DNA of 64,000 bases from an uncultured Candidatus Saccharibacteria bacterium (GCA_964416985.1 CAYQFS010000003.1:18594-82593), one strand, 5' to 3'. Numbered from the stretch's first letter, positions 1-9,970 are shown. Translations and numbers: made by a program. The notes: generated by a model from the sequence alone, not told the origin.

Positions 1-1073
1 AGGCGGATGACGCAGTAAATATCCAGATCGGCCAGTTTCTCTTTAACAGGGACTCAGGAAGCGTGCAGCTCGTCTCTCTTATCACTGATTCGAAAATTTA
101 CAATAACATAAGTACACAGTGGACCGATGTGGGGAATATTTTTTATTCATGGAAAGTAAATATTGATTCTTTGACGAATACTTCAGCTGATGCCGAGATT
201 GATGCTGCTCTGGCTCTCGCTCAGAAAAATGCAGCAGCCGTGAATCGTTTCCTTGATCTTGTTTCAACAGCTCTTGTGAGTATTACGAATAGTTCAAGTG
301 TTGAGACTCTGCCAATTATTGCTGGATGGAAACAGACGGTCGGCACGATTCGTACTTCTATGAGTGCCGCAACAATTAGTCTCACAAGTGCTCAGTCTGC
401 TTTTGCAAATGCACGAAGTTCTCACACCTCTCCCGGTCAAGCACAAATTTCTTCTGCGGAAGCGGGAGTCAAGAATCTCGAAGCCCAGCTCGCAAAGACG
501 ATCATAACAGCACCACTTTCGGGAACTATCGCGGCGCTTCCTCTCAGAGCAGGAGAACTTGCTTCTCCAGGACAGCTCATTGCAACCGTGGTGGGTTCGG
601 GAGGGCTCCAGGTGAGGGCGTACGTAAGCGGGGAAGATCTGGCACGTATTCAGAAAGACGCTGAGGTAACCATCCGAGGATCTATCAAGGGGAGAGTTAT
701 AAGTATTGCACCGAGTGTGAGTCAGGCCAATAAGAAGGCTGAGATAAAGATTGCTATTACTGATCCAAAGACAGCAAATCTCGTCGTAGGGGAAAGTGTC
801 CAAGCTCTCATTAAGGCCGATTCAATGGCTTCTATTGCCGAGACAGCTGCTACGTCTGGAACATATATTTTGCCAATTCAGGATGTAAAAATTGTCCCTG
901 GTGATGCGTATGTCTTTACCATTGATTCTGAATCAAAAGTCAAAAAAGTTCCTGTAATTCTTGGTGAGGTGAAGGGAGATTTCATTGAAGTCAAAAGCGG
1001 ACTCGATGACAGTATGAGTATCATTTCCCCAGTCTACGAGCTTAATGAGGGGGATGTCGTTCGCGTACAATAA
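1..1073 (+). CDS. HlyD-family periplasmic adaptor (membrane fusion protein) of an RND efflux system, 5'-partial; the frame is open to the window edge
   Basis: ORF 63..1073 stays open upstream to position 1. Beta-barrel/lipoyl-like segments (ITAPLSGTIAALPLRAGELASPGQLIATVV) are typical of MFPs. It sits immediately upstream of an RND permease. Confidence 0.7.
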   Translation, partial: ADDAVNIQIGQFLFNRDSGSVQLVSLITDSKIYNNISTQWTDVGNIFYSWKVNIDSLTNTSADAEIDAALALAQKNAAAVNRFLDLVSTALVSITNSSSVETLPIIAGWKQTVGTIRTSMSAATISLTSAQSAFANARSSHTSPGQAQISSAEAGVKNLEAQLAKTIITAPLSGTIAALPLRAGELASPGQLIATVVGSGGLQVRAYVSGEDLARIQKDAEVTIRGSIKGRVISIAPSVSQANKKAEIKIAITDPKTANLVVGESVQALIKADSMASIAETAATSGTYILPIQDVKIVPGDAYVFTIDSESKVKKVPVILGEVKGDFIEVKSGLDDSMSIISPVYELNEGDVVRVQ

Positions 1074-1076
1074 ACT

Positions 1077-4000
1077 ATGAGTAATAATAACGAGCATTCA
1101 TCCGACAGTCGCTATCTTGATCGCCTCGAGTTCCGTCCGGAACTGAGGAATATGTGGCTTTACTTCTTTATAAAGAATTTCCGTGTGGTGATTCTTCTTA
1201 TTCTCATCATTTCAGGATGGGGGATATATTCTTTTTTGAGCCTGCCAAGAGAATCAAATCCTGAAGTCAAAATTCCTATTGCCATCGTGAGCACATTGTA
1301 CCCTGGAGCTTCTCCTTCGGATGTCGAGGAATTTGTTACAAAGAAAATTGAAGCGGAACTTTCCGGTCTCAAGGGTTTGAAGAAACTTACTTCGAGCTCT
1401 CTCAATTCGCTCTCTTCGATCACGGTTGAATTTAATGCAAAGGAGGATAAGGACGACTCGATCAGAAGACTTCGCGACAAGCTTGGAAATATTCAGTCAA
1501 AGATTTCAACTGATGCGGAGGATCCACAAGTCATAGAGGTTTCTCTCGACGATACGCCTATCTGGTCGATTTCGATCACTGGTCCGTACGATGGATTTAC
1601 TCTTAGGAAATATGCCGAGGAGATTCAAGATGAACTCGAAAAAATTCCTGGCGTAAGGGAGATTCAAGTTTCTGGAGGTGATGAAAAGGAATTCGAAATT
1701 GCTTACATTCCTGAGAAACTCCTTTTTTATGGCATAACAAGCCAGGATGCAAATCAGATTGTTATCGCAACAAACACAGCTATTCCAGCCGGAAACTTTG
1801 AGACTGGAAAATTTGTCGTGCCGATTAGATCTGACGCAAGAACAGTTACCGCTTCAACCATTGCTTCAATTCCCGTCGGGCATACTGACAGTGGTGCAAC
1901 AATATTTCTCCGCGACATTGCTCGGGTGAGTGAGACAGCTCTCAAAAAGACCGCCTACTCTCGTTTCTCGATCGGAGGTTCAGAACCAAGGAATTCGGTA
2001 AACCTTTCTCTTATCAAACGACAAGGATCTTCGGTTCTTGATACCGTCGACACTGCAAAAGCCACGGTCGAAAAAACGATCGCCACATTTCCTCCTGGAG
2101 TAAAGTACGATGTTTCATTTGATCTTGCCTCGCAGGTGCGTGAGGACTTTGATCAATTGGGCCACGACTTCCTCCTTACTGTTCTTCTTGTCGCAATCAT
2201 TCTTTTCCTCATTGTCGGACTCAAGGAAGCCTTCGTTGCCGGACTTGCCATTCCTCTGGTGTTTTCTGTTACATTTGGTGTACTTCTTTCTCTAGGAATC
2301 ACTCTAAACTTTCTTTCGTCCTTCTCTCTTATTTTGGCTCTCGGTCTCCTCGTTGATGATGCAATCGTGGTTGTTTCTGCAACAAAACAGTATCTCAATT
2401 CAGGAAAGTTCACACCAGAGGAAGCCGTTCTCCTTGTTCTCAATGATTTTAAGTGGGTTCTTACGACAACGACTTTGGCAACAGTTTGGGCATTTCTCCC
2501 ACTTCTTTTTGCTTCAGGAATCATGGGGGAATATTTAAAATCAATTCCAATTACCATTTCCATTACCCTCACTGCTTCGCTTCTCATTGCCCTTATGGTG
2601 AACCATCCTCTAGCTGCTGTTCTTGAGCGCATTCGCCTTACAAAAAGATTTTTCTTCATCATTGAGGCAGTGATCATCCTCGTTGCGGGTGTGATGTTCT
2701 ATATTGGAAGCATTCTTGCAATTGTCCTTGGAGTTATCGCCCTCGTTATCGAAGGTTACCTCATCTGGTGGTATGAAAAAGATGGAAAGAGAATTCTTCG
2801 TGAAAATGCATTGAAAATGGAGAGGGAATGGAAGAGTGATGACCTCATTAGACAGAAGCTTCACGAGCAGGGAAGCAAGCAACACTCGAGTTTTTCATCA
2901 AAACTGATTCATGGAATTGTCAATTTTCATCAGTTCTTGCCTATTTATGAAAAATATTTTAAGTATTACATTCTCGACAAAAAGCGTAGAAAAAGAGTAA
3001 TTAGCTCGGTCATTGTACTTTTTGTTTTTGCTGTTGGTCTCGTCGCTACTGGTATAGTGAGGACGGAATTTTTCCCGGTTTCAGATCAGCAATACATTTA
3101 TGTTGATATGAAGGCTCCTGTCGGTACACGTCTCTCCGAAACAGATATTCACATTCGTGAGGTCGAAGAGAAGCTTCTTGGATATGAGGATGTCTCAAAT
3201 TTCTCGACTATCGTTGGACGACCGAGTGCAAATGGGGGATTTGTAGGAGGAAATGGCTCTTCAAATCTCGGCTCGATCACCATTACTCTCAAAAAGAAAG
3301 AAGAGAGAAAGATGAAATCATACGAACTGGCCGATATTATCCGAAATGACCTTTCAAAAATACAGGATCCGAGTCTCTCGATCGAAGTTTCCATTCCCGC
3401 AGGAGGTCCTCCTGCTGGAGCGGCATTTGAAGGGAGGATAATGGGGGACAACCTCGATGTGCTTACACAAATTGTCGCAGATCTTCGACCGCAACTCGCT
3501 TCGATTCCCGGGGTGATTAATGTCGGAGTTTCTCAGAAGGATTCTGTTCCTCAGTACACATTTGTTCTCGATCCCACACGAATGGAACAACATGATTTGA
3601 ATGCCGCCTACGTAGGATCGGTTTTGAGAACAGCAGTTGCTGGAATTGAACTTACCAAAATTATCAAAGATGAAAAAGAAGTGAAGCTCATTGCGACATT
3701 TGACCAATCGACCATTCCAAACCTTGCTGCTATTCAGAACATGCAGATTCTCAACATGAGAAAACAGCCGGTTTTCCTCAAAGATGTTGCTACAATTGAA
3801 CTCAAGCCTGCTGTTGATGTCATTACCCGAATCGATCAGAAGAGAACCATTCTTCTTTCGGCCGGTGTTGACTCATCAACAAACGGTCAGCTCGTTCTCG
3901 CTCAATTCCAGAAAAAGATTGCCGACTACAACATGCCTTCTGGATATCAGATTGTGTTTGGTGGTGAAAATGAGCAGAACGCTGAGTCAGTGATGTCCAT

Positions 4001-4478
4001 TCTTCGCGCCATGATTATTGCTCTCATTCTCATTGTTGCTACTCTCGTTATTCAATTTAATTCATTCAGAAAAGCTCTCATTGTTCTCGTGCCGATTCCT
4101 CTTGCTTTGATTGGGGTATTTATGGGTATGGCGATCTTTGATGTTCCATTGAGCTTCCCAGCTTTGATCGGAGTTCTGGCCCTCTTTGGTATCGTGGTCA
4201 AGAACGCCATCATCCTTGTTGATAAGATAAATATAAATATTAAAAGTGGAATTGAGTTCGAAGATGCTGTCGCTGACGCCGGTAAGTCCCGTCTCGAGGC
4301 AATCTTCATTACCTCAATCTGTACCATCATGGGTATCCTTCCTGTAACATTCTCAAATGAGTTCTGGATGGCCCTCGGCAGCTCTGTCATCTTTGGCCTT
4401 ACGCTCTCGTCCTTCCTCACGCTCTTTCTCGTCCCGGCGTTCTATCTTGTGTTTGTTAAAAGAGATGACAATATGTAG
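1077..4478 (+). CDS. RND family efflux transporter permease (AcrB/HAE1-like), 1133 aa
   Basis: Length, 12-TM architecture and two large periplasmic loops; conserved RND segments (ALGLLVDDAIVVV, FLPLLF..GIMGEY). Directly follows the MFP gene. Confidence 0.9.
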   Translation: MSNNNEHSSDSRYLDRLEFRPELRNMWLYFFIKNFRVVILLILIISGWGIYSFLSLPRESNPEVKIPIAIVSTLYPGASPSDVEEFVTKKIEAELSGLKGLKKLTSSSLNSLSSITVEFNAKEDKDDSIRRLRDKLGNIQSKISTDAEDPQVIEVSLDDTPIWSISITGPYDGFTLRKYAEEIQDELEKIPGVREIQVSGGDEKEFEIAYIPEKLLFYGITSQDANQIVIATNTAIPAGNFETGKFVVPIRSDARTVTASTIASIPVGHTDSGATIFLRDIARVSETALKKTAYSRFSIGGSEPRNSVNLSLIKRQGSSVLDTVDTAKATVEKTIATFPPGVKYDVSFDLASQVREDFDQLGHDFLLTVLLVAIILFLIVGLKEAFVAGLAIPLVFSVTFGVLLSLGITLNFLSSFSLILALGLLVDDAIVVVSATKQYLNSGKFTPEEAVLLVLNDFKWVLTTTTLATVWAFLPLLFASGIMGEYLKSIPITISITLTASLLIALMVNHPLAAVLERIRLTKRFFFIIEAVIILVAGVMFYIGSILAIVLGVIALVIEGYLIWWYEKDGKRILRENALKMEREWKSDDLIRQKLHEQGSKQHSSFSSKLIHGIVNFHQFLPIYEKYFKYYILDKKRRKRVISSVIVLFVFAVGLVATGIVRTEFFPVSDQQYIYVDMKAPVGTRLSETDIHIREVEEKLLGYEDVSNFSTIVGRPSANGGFVGGNGSSNLGSITITLKKKEERKMKSYELADIIRNDLSKIQDPSLSIEVSIPAGGPPAGAAFEGRIMGDNLDVLTQIVADLRPQLASIPGVINVGVSQKDSVPQYTFVLDPTRMEQHDLNAAYVGSVLRTAVAGIELTKIIKDEKEVKLIATFDQSTIPNLAAIQNMQILNMRKQPVFLKDVATIELKPAVDVITRIDQKRTILLSAGVDSSTNGQLVLAQFQKKIADYNMPSGYQIVFGGENEQNAESVMSILRAMIIALILIVATLVIQFNSFRKALIVLVPIPLALIGVFMGMAIFDVPLSFPALIGVLALFGIVVKNAIILVDKININIKSGIEFEDAVADAGKSRLEAIFITSICTIMGILPVTFSNEFWMALGSSVIFGLTLSSFLTLFLVPAFYLVFVKRDDNM

Positions 4479-4485
4479 GCAAACT

Positions 4486-4515
4486 AAAAGCCCCGAAACA
4501 TCGCGGGGCTTTGAG
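4486..4515. terminator. GC hairpin between convergent RND and pilin genes; putative bidirectional rho-independent terminator
   Basis: aaagccccgaaacatcgcggggcttt forms a 7-bp stem agccccg/cggggct, flanked by A-run and T-run. Confidence 0.5.
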
Positions 4516-4534
4516 GTTCTTGGAGAACCATGTG

Positions 4535-4900
4535 TTATCGCTCACTTTCTTCACGCAGCGGTGCTGCCAGAGGTAAACTGTGGCCGATAGTGGAGCAAGT
4601 GGGGGGAATGCCAAATTCATTGATCTTGTATTTTTCCTTGGATGCAAGACAGATTGGATATTTATCAAGTATCCTGTTTTTGTCTTCTTCCCGCATGACC
4701 TTGATCGGACTATTTTGGCGATACCAGGTTTCAACTTCTTCATTGAGCCGTACGAGGTTCATGATGCAGGCTTTTTTGTGAGTCTTTGACTGGCCAGCCC
4801 GATACATTGGGATGAGGGTTGCCGAGAGCAGAGCAATTATTGCGAGGACGACGAATAGCTCGACGAGCGAGAATCCATTCCGACAATTCAGTTTTTTCAT
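4535..4900 (-). CDS. Type IV pilin / pseudopilin with prepilin-type N-terminal cleavage-methylation domain
   Basis: N-terminus MKKLNCRNGFSLVELFVVLAIIALLSA matches the G|FxxxE class III signal peptide of type IV pilins. Confidence 0.8.
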   Translation of the reverse strand: MKKLNCRNGFSLVELFVVLAIIALLSATLIPMYRAGQSKTHKKACIMNLVRLNEEVETWYRQNSPIKVMREEDKNRILDKYPICLASKEKYKINEFGIPPTCSTIGHSLPLAAPLREESER

Positions 4901-4906
4901 TCAATT

Positions 4907-4932
4907 CTTTCTAGCACACGTTCTAGCACACG
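4907..4932. promoter_or_regulatory. Perfect 13-bp direct repeat (ttctagcacacgt x2) immediately upstream of the pilin start codon
   Basis: Seen directly: ctttctagcacacgttctagcacacgtttg. It lies in the 77-nt region between the pilin start (4900) and the MFS stop (4978). Confidence 0.4.
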
Positions 4933-4977
4933 TTTGTTGTTTCCGTGTGCGTTTCTGAGGAACTTATATCATGGATT

Positions 4978-6213
4978 CTATTGCTTGGCAACCTTGTCGC
5001 TCCTTACTTTCAAAAGACAAATAAATCCAAAAACAATAAACGCTGAGACTGCGAGAGTTGCAAGTCTGTAGCGGTCACTTCCGAGTGAAATAAATCCCGA
5101 AACTACGAGACCCCAGACAATAGGTCCTGCAAAAGAAGAAACCCTCTCAACGAGGCCGAAGTATGAAAAGGCGAGGTTATGTCCTCCAAGGGGAGCGAGG
5201 TACGACATGACTGATCTTGAGACAGCCCAGCTTGCTCCAAACCAGAAACCCATGAGAGTTGTGGCGATAATGAAAAGAGTAAAGTTGGTGACGAAGGCAA
5301 TTGAAGGAAGAATAAAAAGCCATCCGCCAACGAGGAAGAGAAGAGTTTTCTTGTGGCCAACTTTGTCGGCAATAAGTCCAGATATCATTCCTCCCATTGC
5401 TGACGTTAAAAGAATACCTATCATGATATATGTTTTAATTGCATCTGAAATATGCCAAACTTGCTCCATAAAAATGGAAAAGTTATTGGCAGCTGTAAGG
5501 ACTGCATCGTTAAAAAAGAAATATGAAAGCATGAAAAGGGCGATTCCAGGGAAAAGAAAAAGCGCCTTCGTGCTTGTAAGAAGATTCCGAACCTCGTTCT
5601 TTATTTTGAGCTCAGGACGAACTTTTTTTGGTTCGTTAAAGAATATGAGCATTGGCAGAGCAAGGATGGCAAAAAGAATAATTGCCGGGAAAAGAGTCTC
5701 AACTCTGAAAGCAGAATGGAAAATACTCCAGTGGCCAGAAGAAAAAGGAAGTACAACAAGAAGTCCGACGAATTGCCCGACATAATTTGCAGCAATTCCT
5801 ATTCCAGAAGTTCTTCCTCTTTTTCCTTCGGAGGCAATGTCATTTAAAAGGGGAGTATAGAAAGTAAAGGTAAGAAGATAGAAATAATTAGCGAAGGTGA
5901 ATAATCCAAGAGCCAAAAATCCCTTATCATACATAGCACTTACAGCGCATCCGATATAAAATATAACTGCAAGAACAGTACTTACTCGCAACCCGGTTAT
6001 TCTTCTAAAAAATCGATCGAGAAGAAGTCCAGTAATCGGTACAGTAAACAAAAGAAGTACAGCGGCAACTGTAAAAGTGAGATTGAGATAAATGTCGGCA
6101 ATACCCTGATCGACTACAATCCACTGGCCAAAATAGAAGAAAAAGACTATTGAAAGAATAGAATTTGCGAAATCGTAGAGTGCCCAGAGGAAGATATTTT
6201 TCCGAGTATTCAT
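4978..6213 (-). CDS. MFS-type transporter (12 TM predicted)
   Basis: 411-aa hydrophobic protein with two 6-TM halves and a basic inter-helix loop (DRFFRRITGLR) typical of the major facilitator superfamily. Confidence 0.65.
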   Translation of the reverse strand: MNTRKNIFLWALYDFANSILSIVFFFYFGQWIVVDQGIADIYLNLTFTVAAVLLLFTVPITGLLLDRFFRRITGLRVSTVLAVIFYIGCAVSAMYDKGFLALGLFTFANYFYLLTFTFYTPLLNDIASEGKRGRTSGIGIAANYVGQFVGLLVVLPFSSGHWSIFHSAFRVETLFPAIILFAILALPMLIFFNEPKKVRPELKIKNEVRNLLTSTKALFLFPGIALFMLSYFFFNDAVLTAANNFSIFMEQVWHISDAIKTYIMIGILLTSAMGGMISGLIADKVGHKKTLLFLVGGWLFILPSIAFVTNFTLFIIATTLMGFWFGASWAVSRSVMSYLAPLGGHNLAFSYFGLVERVSSFAGPIVWGLVVSGFISLGSDRYRLATLAVSAFIVFGFICLLKVRSDKVAKQ

Positions 6214-6215
6214 TT

Positions 6216-6290
6216 GTGCGCCCAGTAGGAATCGAACCTACGACCCACTCCTTAAAAGGGAGATGCTCTACCGACTGAGCTATGGGCGCA
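6216..6290 (-). tRNA. tRNA-Lys (anticodon UUU)
   Basis: The reverse complement folds as a cloverleaf: acceptor gcgccc/gggcgc, D-arm agctcagtcggtagagc, anticodon loop cTTTTAa, T-loop ggttcgattcc. No encoded CCA. Confidence 0.8.
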
Positions 6291-6332
6291 TATATGACTG
6301 CGAGCAAAACTATAGCATACTCAGGCCAAAGT

Positions 6333-7904
6333 TCAATTTTTGAGAGGCAATGAGAATGAGAACTGGCTTCCTTTACCCGCCCCTTCGGAGGCTACCCAGA
6401 TTTTGCCCTCATGGTGCTGGATGATCTTTTTTGATATGAAGAGGCCGATTCCCATGCCCTCAGTGTCGGAGGAACGGGCTTTGTCGGAGCGGTAGAATTT
6501 TGAGAAGATCATTTTGAGCTCGCTTTCCATCATTCCAATTCCGTCGTCTTTGACCGAGAAGACGGCGTTGCCATTATCGTTGAAAGAAGTTACTGAAATC
6601 TTTCCTGATTCTGGAGTGTAATGAATTGCATTCTCAATAAAAGTTTGGATAACGAATTTAATTCGGAGTTCATCACAGGGAGCTGTGAGTCCCGGCGTGT
6701 AATTTGTTTCAACAAACAATTTTTTTGTCGTGATCTGGAGAGAAAGGGAAGCAATTACTTCTGCAGCAAGAGCGGAGATGTCGTGAGATGTTTTCTGGTA
6801 ATCGTAATCACCCTTTTCTGTTTCTGAGGCATTTGCGAGGATGTCTGTTAGCTCGATGAGCTTGCTGTTTGAATTTTTGATATATTCAATCTGGGCTAGA
6901 CCTTCATTTGAAAGATTTTCAGCCTTGAGATTTTCTGTCGCCCATTTTATGGTGGTCAAAGGCGTGCGGAATTTGTGGGTGACTGTTGTAATGAATTCGT
7001 ACTTGAGAATATCTGTGGTACGGAGATTTTTCCAGACGAGGGTGCTGATTGTTGCCACGAGAATTCCCGATACAAGAGCCGTAACCCATGAAGGATATCC
7101 TGGATATGCTGCCACGATAAATGTGTGGAGATAATTGAGGATGAGGACAATTGCCCCGACTACAATAACAATAATTGAATAGAAAAAGGCCTGCTGCGCG
7201 ATCACTTTTACGTTAAGAAGGCCGTATTTTACGGCACCATAGAGAAACGGGACAGCGAACATAAGGCCGAATGCCATGCCCCAGAGAGGGTCAATCTGTA
7301 TGTTGTAGACGAGAAAGTTTGGGATGAGACCAACAAGGTAGGTGACAATGATGGCATAGGTGAAATATTTGTACTGGAGTCTCTGGTCATGCTCCACCGT
7401 CTTTTTCCAAGCCGTTGCCATTTTGTAGGTTATGTAAGGAACAATGAGGACATAGAGGTAGACAACCCGAATCCAATTAAATACTCCTGGAACATAATAA
7501 TTTGGGAAATACATTTTTGGTTCTGAAGGAAGGAAGAAAAGATTAGGATAGAATGAAAAGAAGATCGTGACGCCAATCGCAACTCCATATGAAATGGCGA
7601 TTATATAACGGTCTTTCCATTCCTGATCAAGAAGAGCAAGAACACTATGAAGATTGAATGCTCCAACAAAAAGCATTGAGAGATTGAACATGAGGATAGT
7701 TCGTGAAAGAAGAGGATCGGTGATGTTGACCCCGATTACATGTGAGACGACAAAGAAAAGAGCAGCGACACCGGTGAGGCCAAGGGCGATGTTTGCACGG
7801 CGTCGCGATCCATTCAAAAAGACGAAGAGAGAAAGTCCAGCAAGGGCGACTGCTGAAGCGATACAGATGATATTGTGCGCGACAAGATGAAAGCTTGCGA
7901 ACAT
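6333..7904 (-). CDS. Sensor histidine kinase with multi-TM N-terminal sensor domain (HisKA + HATPase_c)
   Basis: H-box TTVTHKFRTPLTTIKWATENL, and N/G1/G2 boxes (DDGIGMMESELKMIFSKFYR, GMGIGLFISKKIIQHHEGKIWV). The N-terminal half has about 8 TM helices. No response regulator is adjacent. Confidence 0.85.
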   Translation of the reverse strand: MFASFHLVAHNIICIASAVALAGLSLFVFLNGSRRRANIALGLTGVAALFFVVSHVIGVNITDPLLSRTILMFNLSMLFVGAFNLHSVLALLDQEWKDRYIIAISYGVAIGVTIFFSFYPNLFFLPSEPKMYFPNYYVPGVFNWIRVVYLYVLIVPYITYKMATAWKKTVEHDQRLQYKYFTYAIIVTYLVGLIPNFLVYNIQIDPLWGMAFGLMFAVPFLYGAVKYGLLNVKVIAQQAFFYSIIVIVVGAIVLILNYLHTFIVAAYPGYPSWVTALVSGILVATISTLVWKNLRTTDILKYEFITTVTHKFRTPLTTIKWATENLKAENLSNEGLAQIEYIKNSNSKLIELTDILANASETEKGDYDYQKTSHDISALAAEVIASLSLQITTKKLFVETNYTPGLTAPCDELRIKFVIQTFIENAIHYTPESGKISVTSFNDNGNAVFSVKDDGIGMMESELKMIFSKFYRSDKARSSDTEGMGIGLFISKKIIQHHEGKIWVASEGAGKGSQFSFSLPLKN

Positions 7905-7910
7905 GGTTTT

Positions 7911-8279
7911 TTAAAGAGGCATATCGATCGAGAACGCACCAGGACCTGTGAGGAGAAGGCACAGTGAAATGACGAGGAGGATGAAGTAATAGTTGATACC
8001 ATTTGTGAGAAATGCTCGGTTTTTAACCTTACGAACAAGATGAGTGAGGAAGACGAGCGTGGTGAGAAGGGCAATGAGCTGCGTCAGGAAACCAATTACG
8101 AGGCAGATTCCGAGGAAGGCCTCAAATGCGACGCAAGCCATTTTCATTCCCTTGCTTTCTTTGTCCTCGCGGCGGGTTCGTCGGTATGCCCAGAAAAGAA
8201 AGACAATTCCTAGAGTGAGCCGAAGGAGTAATGGGGAGAATTCCTGGTATGTAAGGAGCCATGGAAAAAGTGAAAGCAT
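7911..8279 (-). CDS. DoxX-family small membrane protein
   Basis: 122 aa and 4 TM, with overall similarity to the DoxX/SURF4 family. Weak call. Confidence 0.45.
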   Translation of the reverse strand: MLSLFPWLLTYQEFSPLLLRLTLGIVFLFWAYRRTRREDKESKGMKMACVAFEAFLGICLVIGFLTQLIALLTTLVFLTHLVRKVKNRAFLTNGINYYFILLVISLCLLLTGPGAFSIDMPL

Positions 8280-8317
8280 GGTATTGATATTTAATTAAAC
8301 TCTTATATAGTGTCTTT

Positions 8318-8794
8318 ATGATACCACAGGAAAGCGAAATCTGTCTGGCACTCCACAACATCCGAAGTACCCATAATGTTGGGGCTATTTTTCGCACGGC
8401 AGATGCAGCTGGTGTCTCAAAAATCTACCTCTGCGGCATCACTCCAGCTCCTATTGATCGTTTCGGGAGGGATCGAAAAGATATTTCCAAAGCTGCTTTA
8501 GGAGCAGAGAAAGTCATAGAATGGGAACAAGTCAAAGATATTAAGGCTCTCATAAGAAAGCTTAAGAAAGAAAAATATCAAATTATTGCGATTGAGCAAG
8601 ACGAAAAGTCTAAAAATTACAAAAAAATAAAATTAGTGAGAAAGAATTTAATAATTCTTGGAGCTGAAGTTGAGGGAATTGGAAAAGATATTTTGGATAC
8701 GTGTGACCAAATTGCCGAAATCCCAATGAAGGGCACAAAAGAATCGCTCAATGTTTCCGTCGCGGCGGGGGTCATCCTATATTCTCAGCTCTGA
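8318..8794 (+). CDS. SpoU/TrmH-family RNA 2'-O-methyltransferase
   Basis: Motifs NIRSTHNVGAIFRTADAAGV, IILGAEVEGI and LNVSVAAGVILY match the SPOUT (SpoU) methylase signature. Confidence 0.8.
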   Translation: MIPQESEICLALHNIRSTHNVGAIFRTADAAGVSKIYLCGITPAPIDRFGRDRKDISKAALGAEKVIEWEQVKDIKALIRKLKKEKYQIIAIEQDEKSKNYKKIKLVRKNLIILGAEVEGIGKDILDTCDQIAEIPMKGTKESLNVSVAAGVILYSQL

Positions 8795-8843
8795 AATGTT
8801 TACATTGTTCATACATTGTATATACTTGACTCAACAAAAAAAC

Positions 8844-9098
8844 ATGAAGACCCCCGAGACTCAAACAATAAGCATTAGACTCGAGAAAAAGACAAAGGAA
8901 GAGGCCCAGGAAATTTTGGAAAAAATGGGGCTTGACCTTTCGTCCGCTGTAAAAATCTTTCTGTATAATATTATTCTTAATAAAGCCATTCCTTTCGAAA
9001 TTAAATCAGAAGCCAATAAATCTTTTAGACAAATTGCAAAAGAAAACCTTAAAAAAGAGCTCGGTAAATTAAATTATTCTGATGTAGACGAAGGCTAA
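8844..9098 (+). CDS. RelB/DinJ-family type II antitoxin-like protein (ribbon-helix-helix), apparently orphan
   Basis: ISIRLEKKTKEEAQEILEKMGLDLSSAVKIFLYNIILNKAIPFEI parallels DinJ (VRARIDEDLKNQAADVLAGMGLTISDLVRITLTKVAREKALPF). Start moved to the ATG at 8844 to avoid overlap with SpoU. No toxin gene follows. Confidence 0.55.
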   Translation: MKTPETQTISIRLEKKTKEEAQEILEKMGLDLSSAVKIFLYNIILNKAIPFEIKSEANKSFRQIAKENLKKELGKLNYSDVDEG

Positions 9099-9970
9099 AT
9101 TTTTTGAATTTTCTGGTGACTTGTGCAAAAGTGTGTACCTCGGCCCGCAACGACGATGCGGGTAATGAAGCCGGGGCAGCCTTTTTTCGAGCATTTTTTG
9201 CCGGTTTTTCGGTAGGCATTGTGCTGTTCTTGGAATTTTCCGGGCTTTCCATGAATATTTCTATAGTCCGACATCGAATCTCCTCCGAAATCAATTCCTT
9301 TTGCGAGAGTTGTCTTTATGGCATTAAAAAGCTTTCTTAATGCGGGAGTGGGGACATCTTTTACAAGCTGCTCTGGATGGATTCCTGCTCTCCATAAGCT
9401 TTCGTCGGCGTAAATATTTCCAATTCCAGCAATGATGCTCTGGTCCATGAGAGTTGGTTTAATTTTCCCGTTTCTTTTTGTATATATTCTTTCGATAAAT
9501 TTCTTGAAATCAAAAGCTTTTTCGAGAGGCTCCGGGCCGATCCCCTTGAGATGCTCTGAATCGTGAATTGTGTCTGTCGGGACAACTGCAACTTTTGCAA
9601 ACTTTCTCATATCAGAAAGCTCGATATTTTTTCCATTCGAAAGGTATAAAATGAGATGGATAAAACGGTTAAATGGATCGCTTCGGTCGTAATCTCCATA
9701 GAGAAGGTGGCCGGTCATTTTCATGTGCACAATAATGGTGAGGTTATCGGACAGATGGATGAGGACATTTTTTGCTCGTCTCGAAACCTGGAGAATTTTT
9801 TTCCCAGTGATTTCCTTTTTAAAATATACAAAATATTTTGGATCCTTTATGTTCTTTGATCCTCTAAAATAGGTGCTTTTGTAGTCCGTCCAGACGTCAG
9901 AAATGGAAAGCCCCCGCACGACGCGGTCGAGTCCTCTTGCTGTTGTTTGTACTTCGGGCAATTCTGGCAT
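9095..9970 (-). CDS. mutM: Formamidopyrimidine-DNA glycosylase (Fpg/MutM; Fpg/Nei family)
   Basis: N-terminal MPELPEV catalytic Pro2/Glu3, H2TH region and C-terminal zinc finger CSKKGC...HFCTSH. Confidence 0.85.
   Translation of the reverse strand: MPELPEVQTTARGLDRVVRGLSISDVWTDYKSTYFRGSKNIKDPKYFVYFKKEITGKKILQVSRRAKNVLIHLSDNLTIIVHMKMTGHLLYGDYDRSDPFNRFIHLILYLSNGKNIELSDMRKFAKVAVVPTDTIHDSEHLKGIGPEPLEKAFDFKKFIERIYTKRNGKIKPTLMDQSIIAGIGNIYADESLWRAGIHPEQLVKDVPTPALRKLFNAIKTTLAKGIDFGGDSMSDYRNIHGKPGKFQEQHNAYRKTGKKCSKKGCPGFITRIVVAGRGTHFCTSHQKIQKI

Noticed and set aside
294-803. Minus-strand ORFs antisense to the HlyD and RND genes (294..803, 1160..1480, 2153..2677, 2610..2885, 3149..3707, 4052..4420)
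   Set aside because: They overlap long, motif-rich forward genes and show no domains of their own. Antisense shadows.
6005-6307. 100-aa minus ORF overlapping tRNA-Lys
   Set aside because: It overlaps the tRNA gene and the MFS transporter start; spurious.
9104-9340. 78-aa ORF directly downstream of the DinJ-like antitoxin, superficially in the toxin position
   Set aside because: It is antisense to the conserved C-terminal zinc-finger region of Fpg (9095..9970, minus strand), and its sequence has no RelE/YafQ features. Treated as an antisense shadow ORF.
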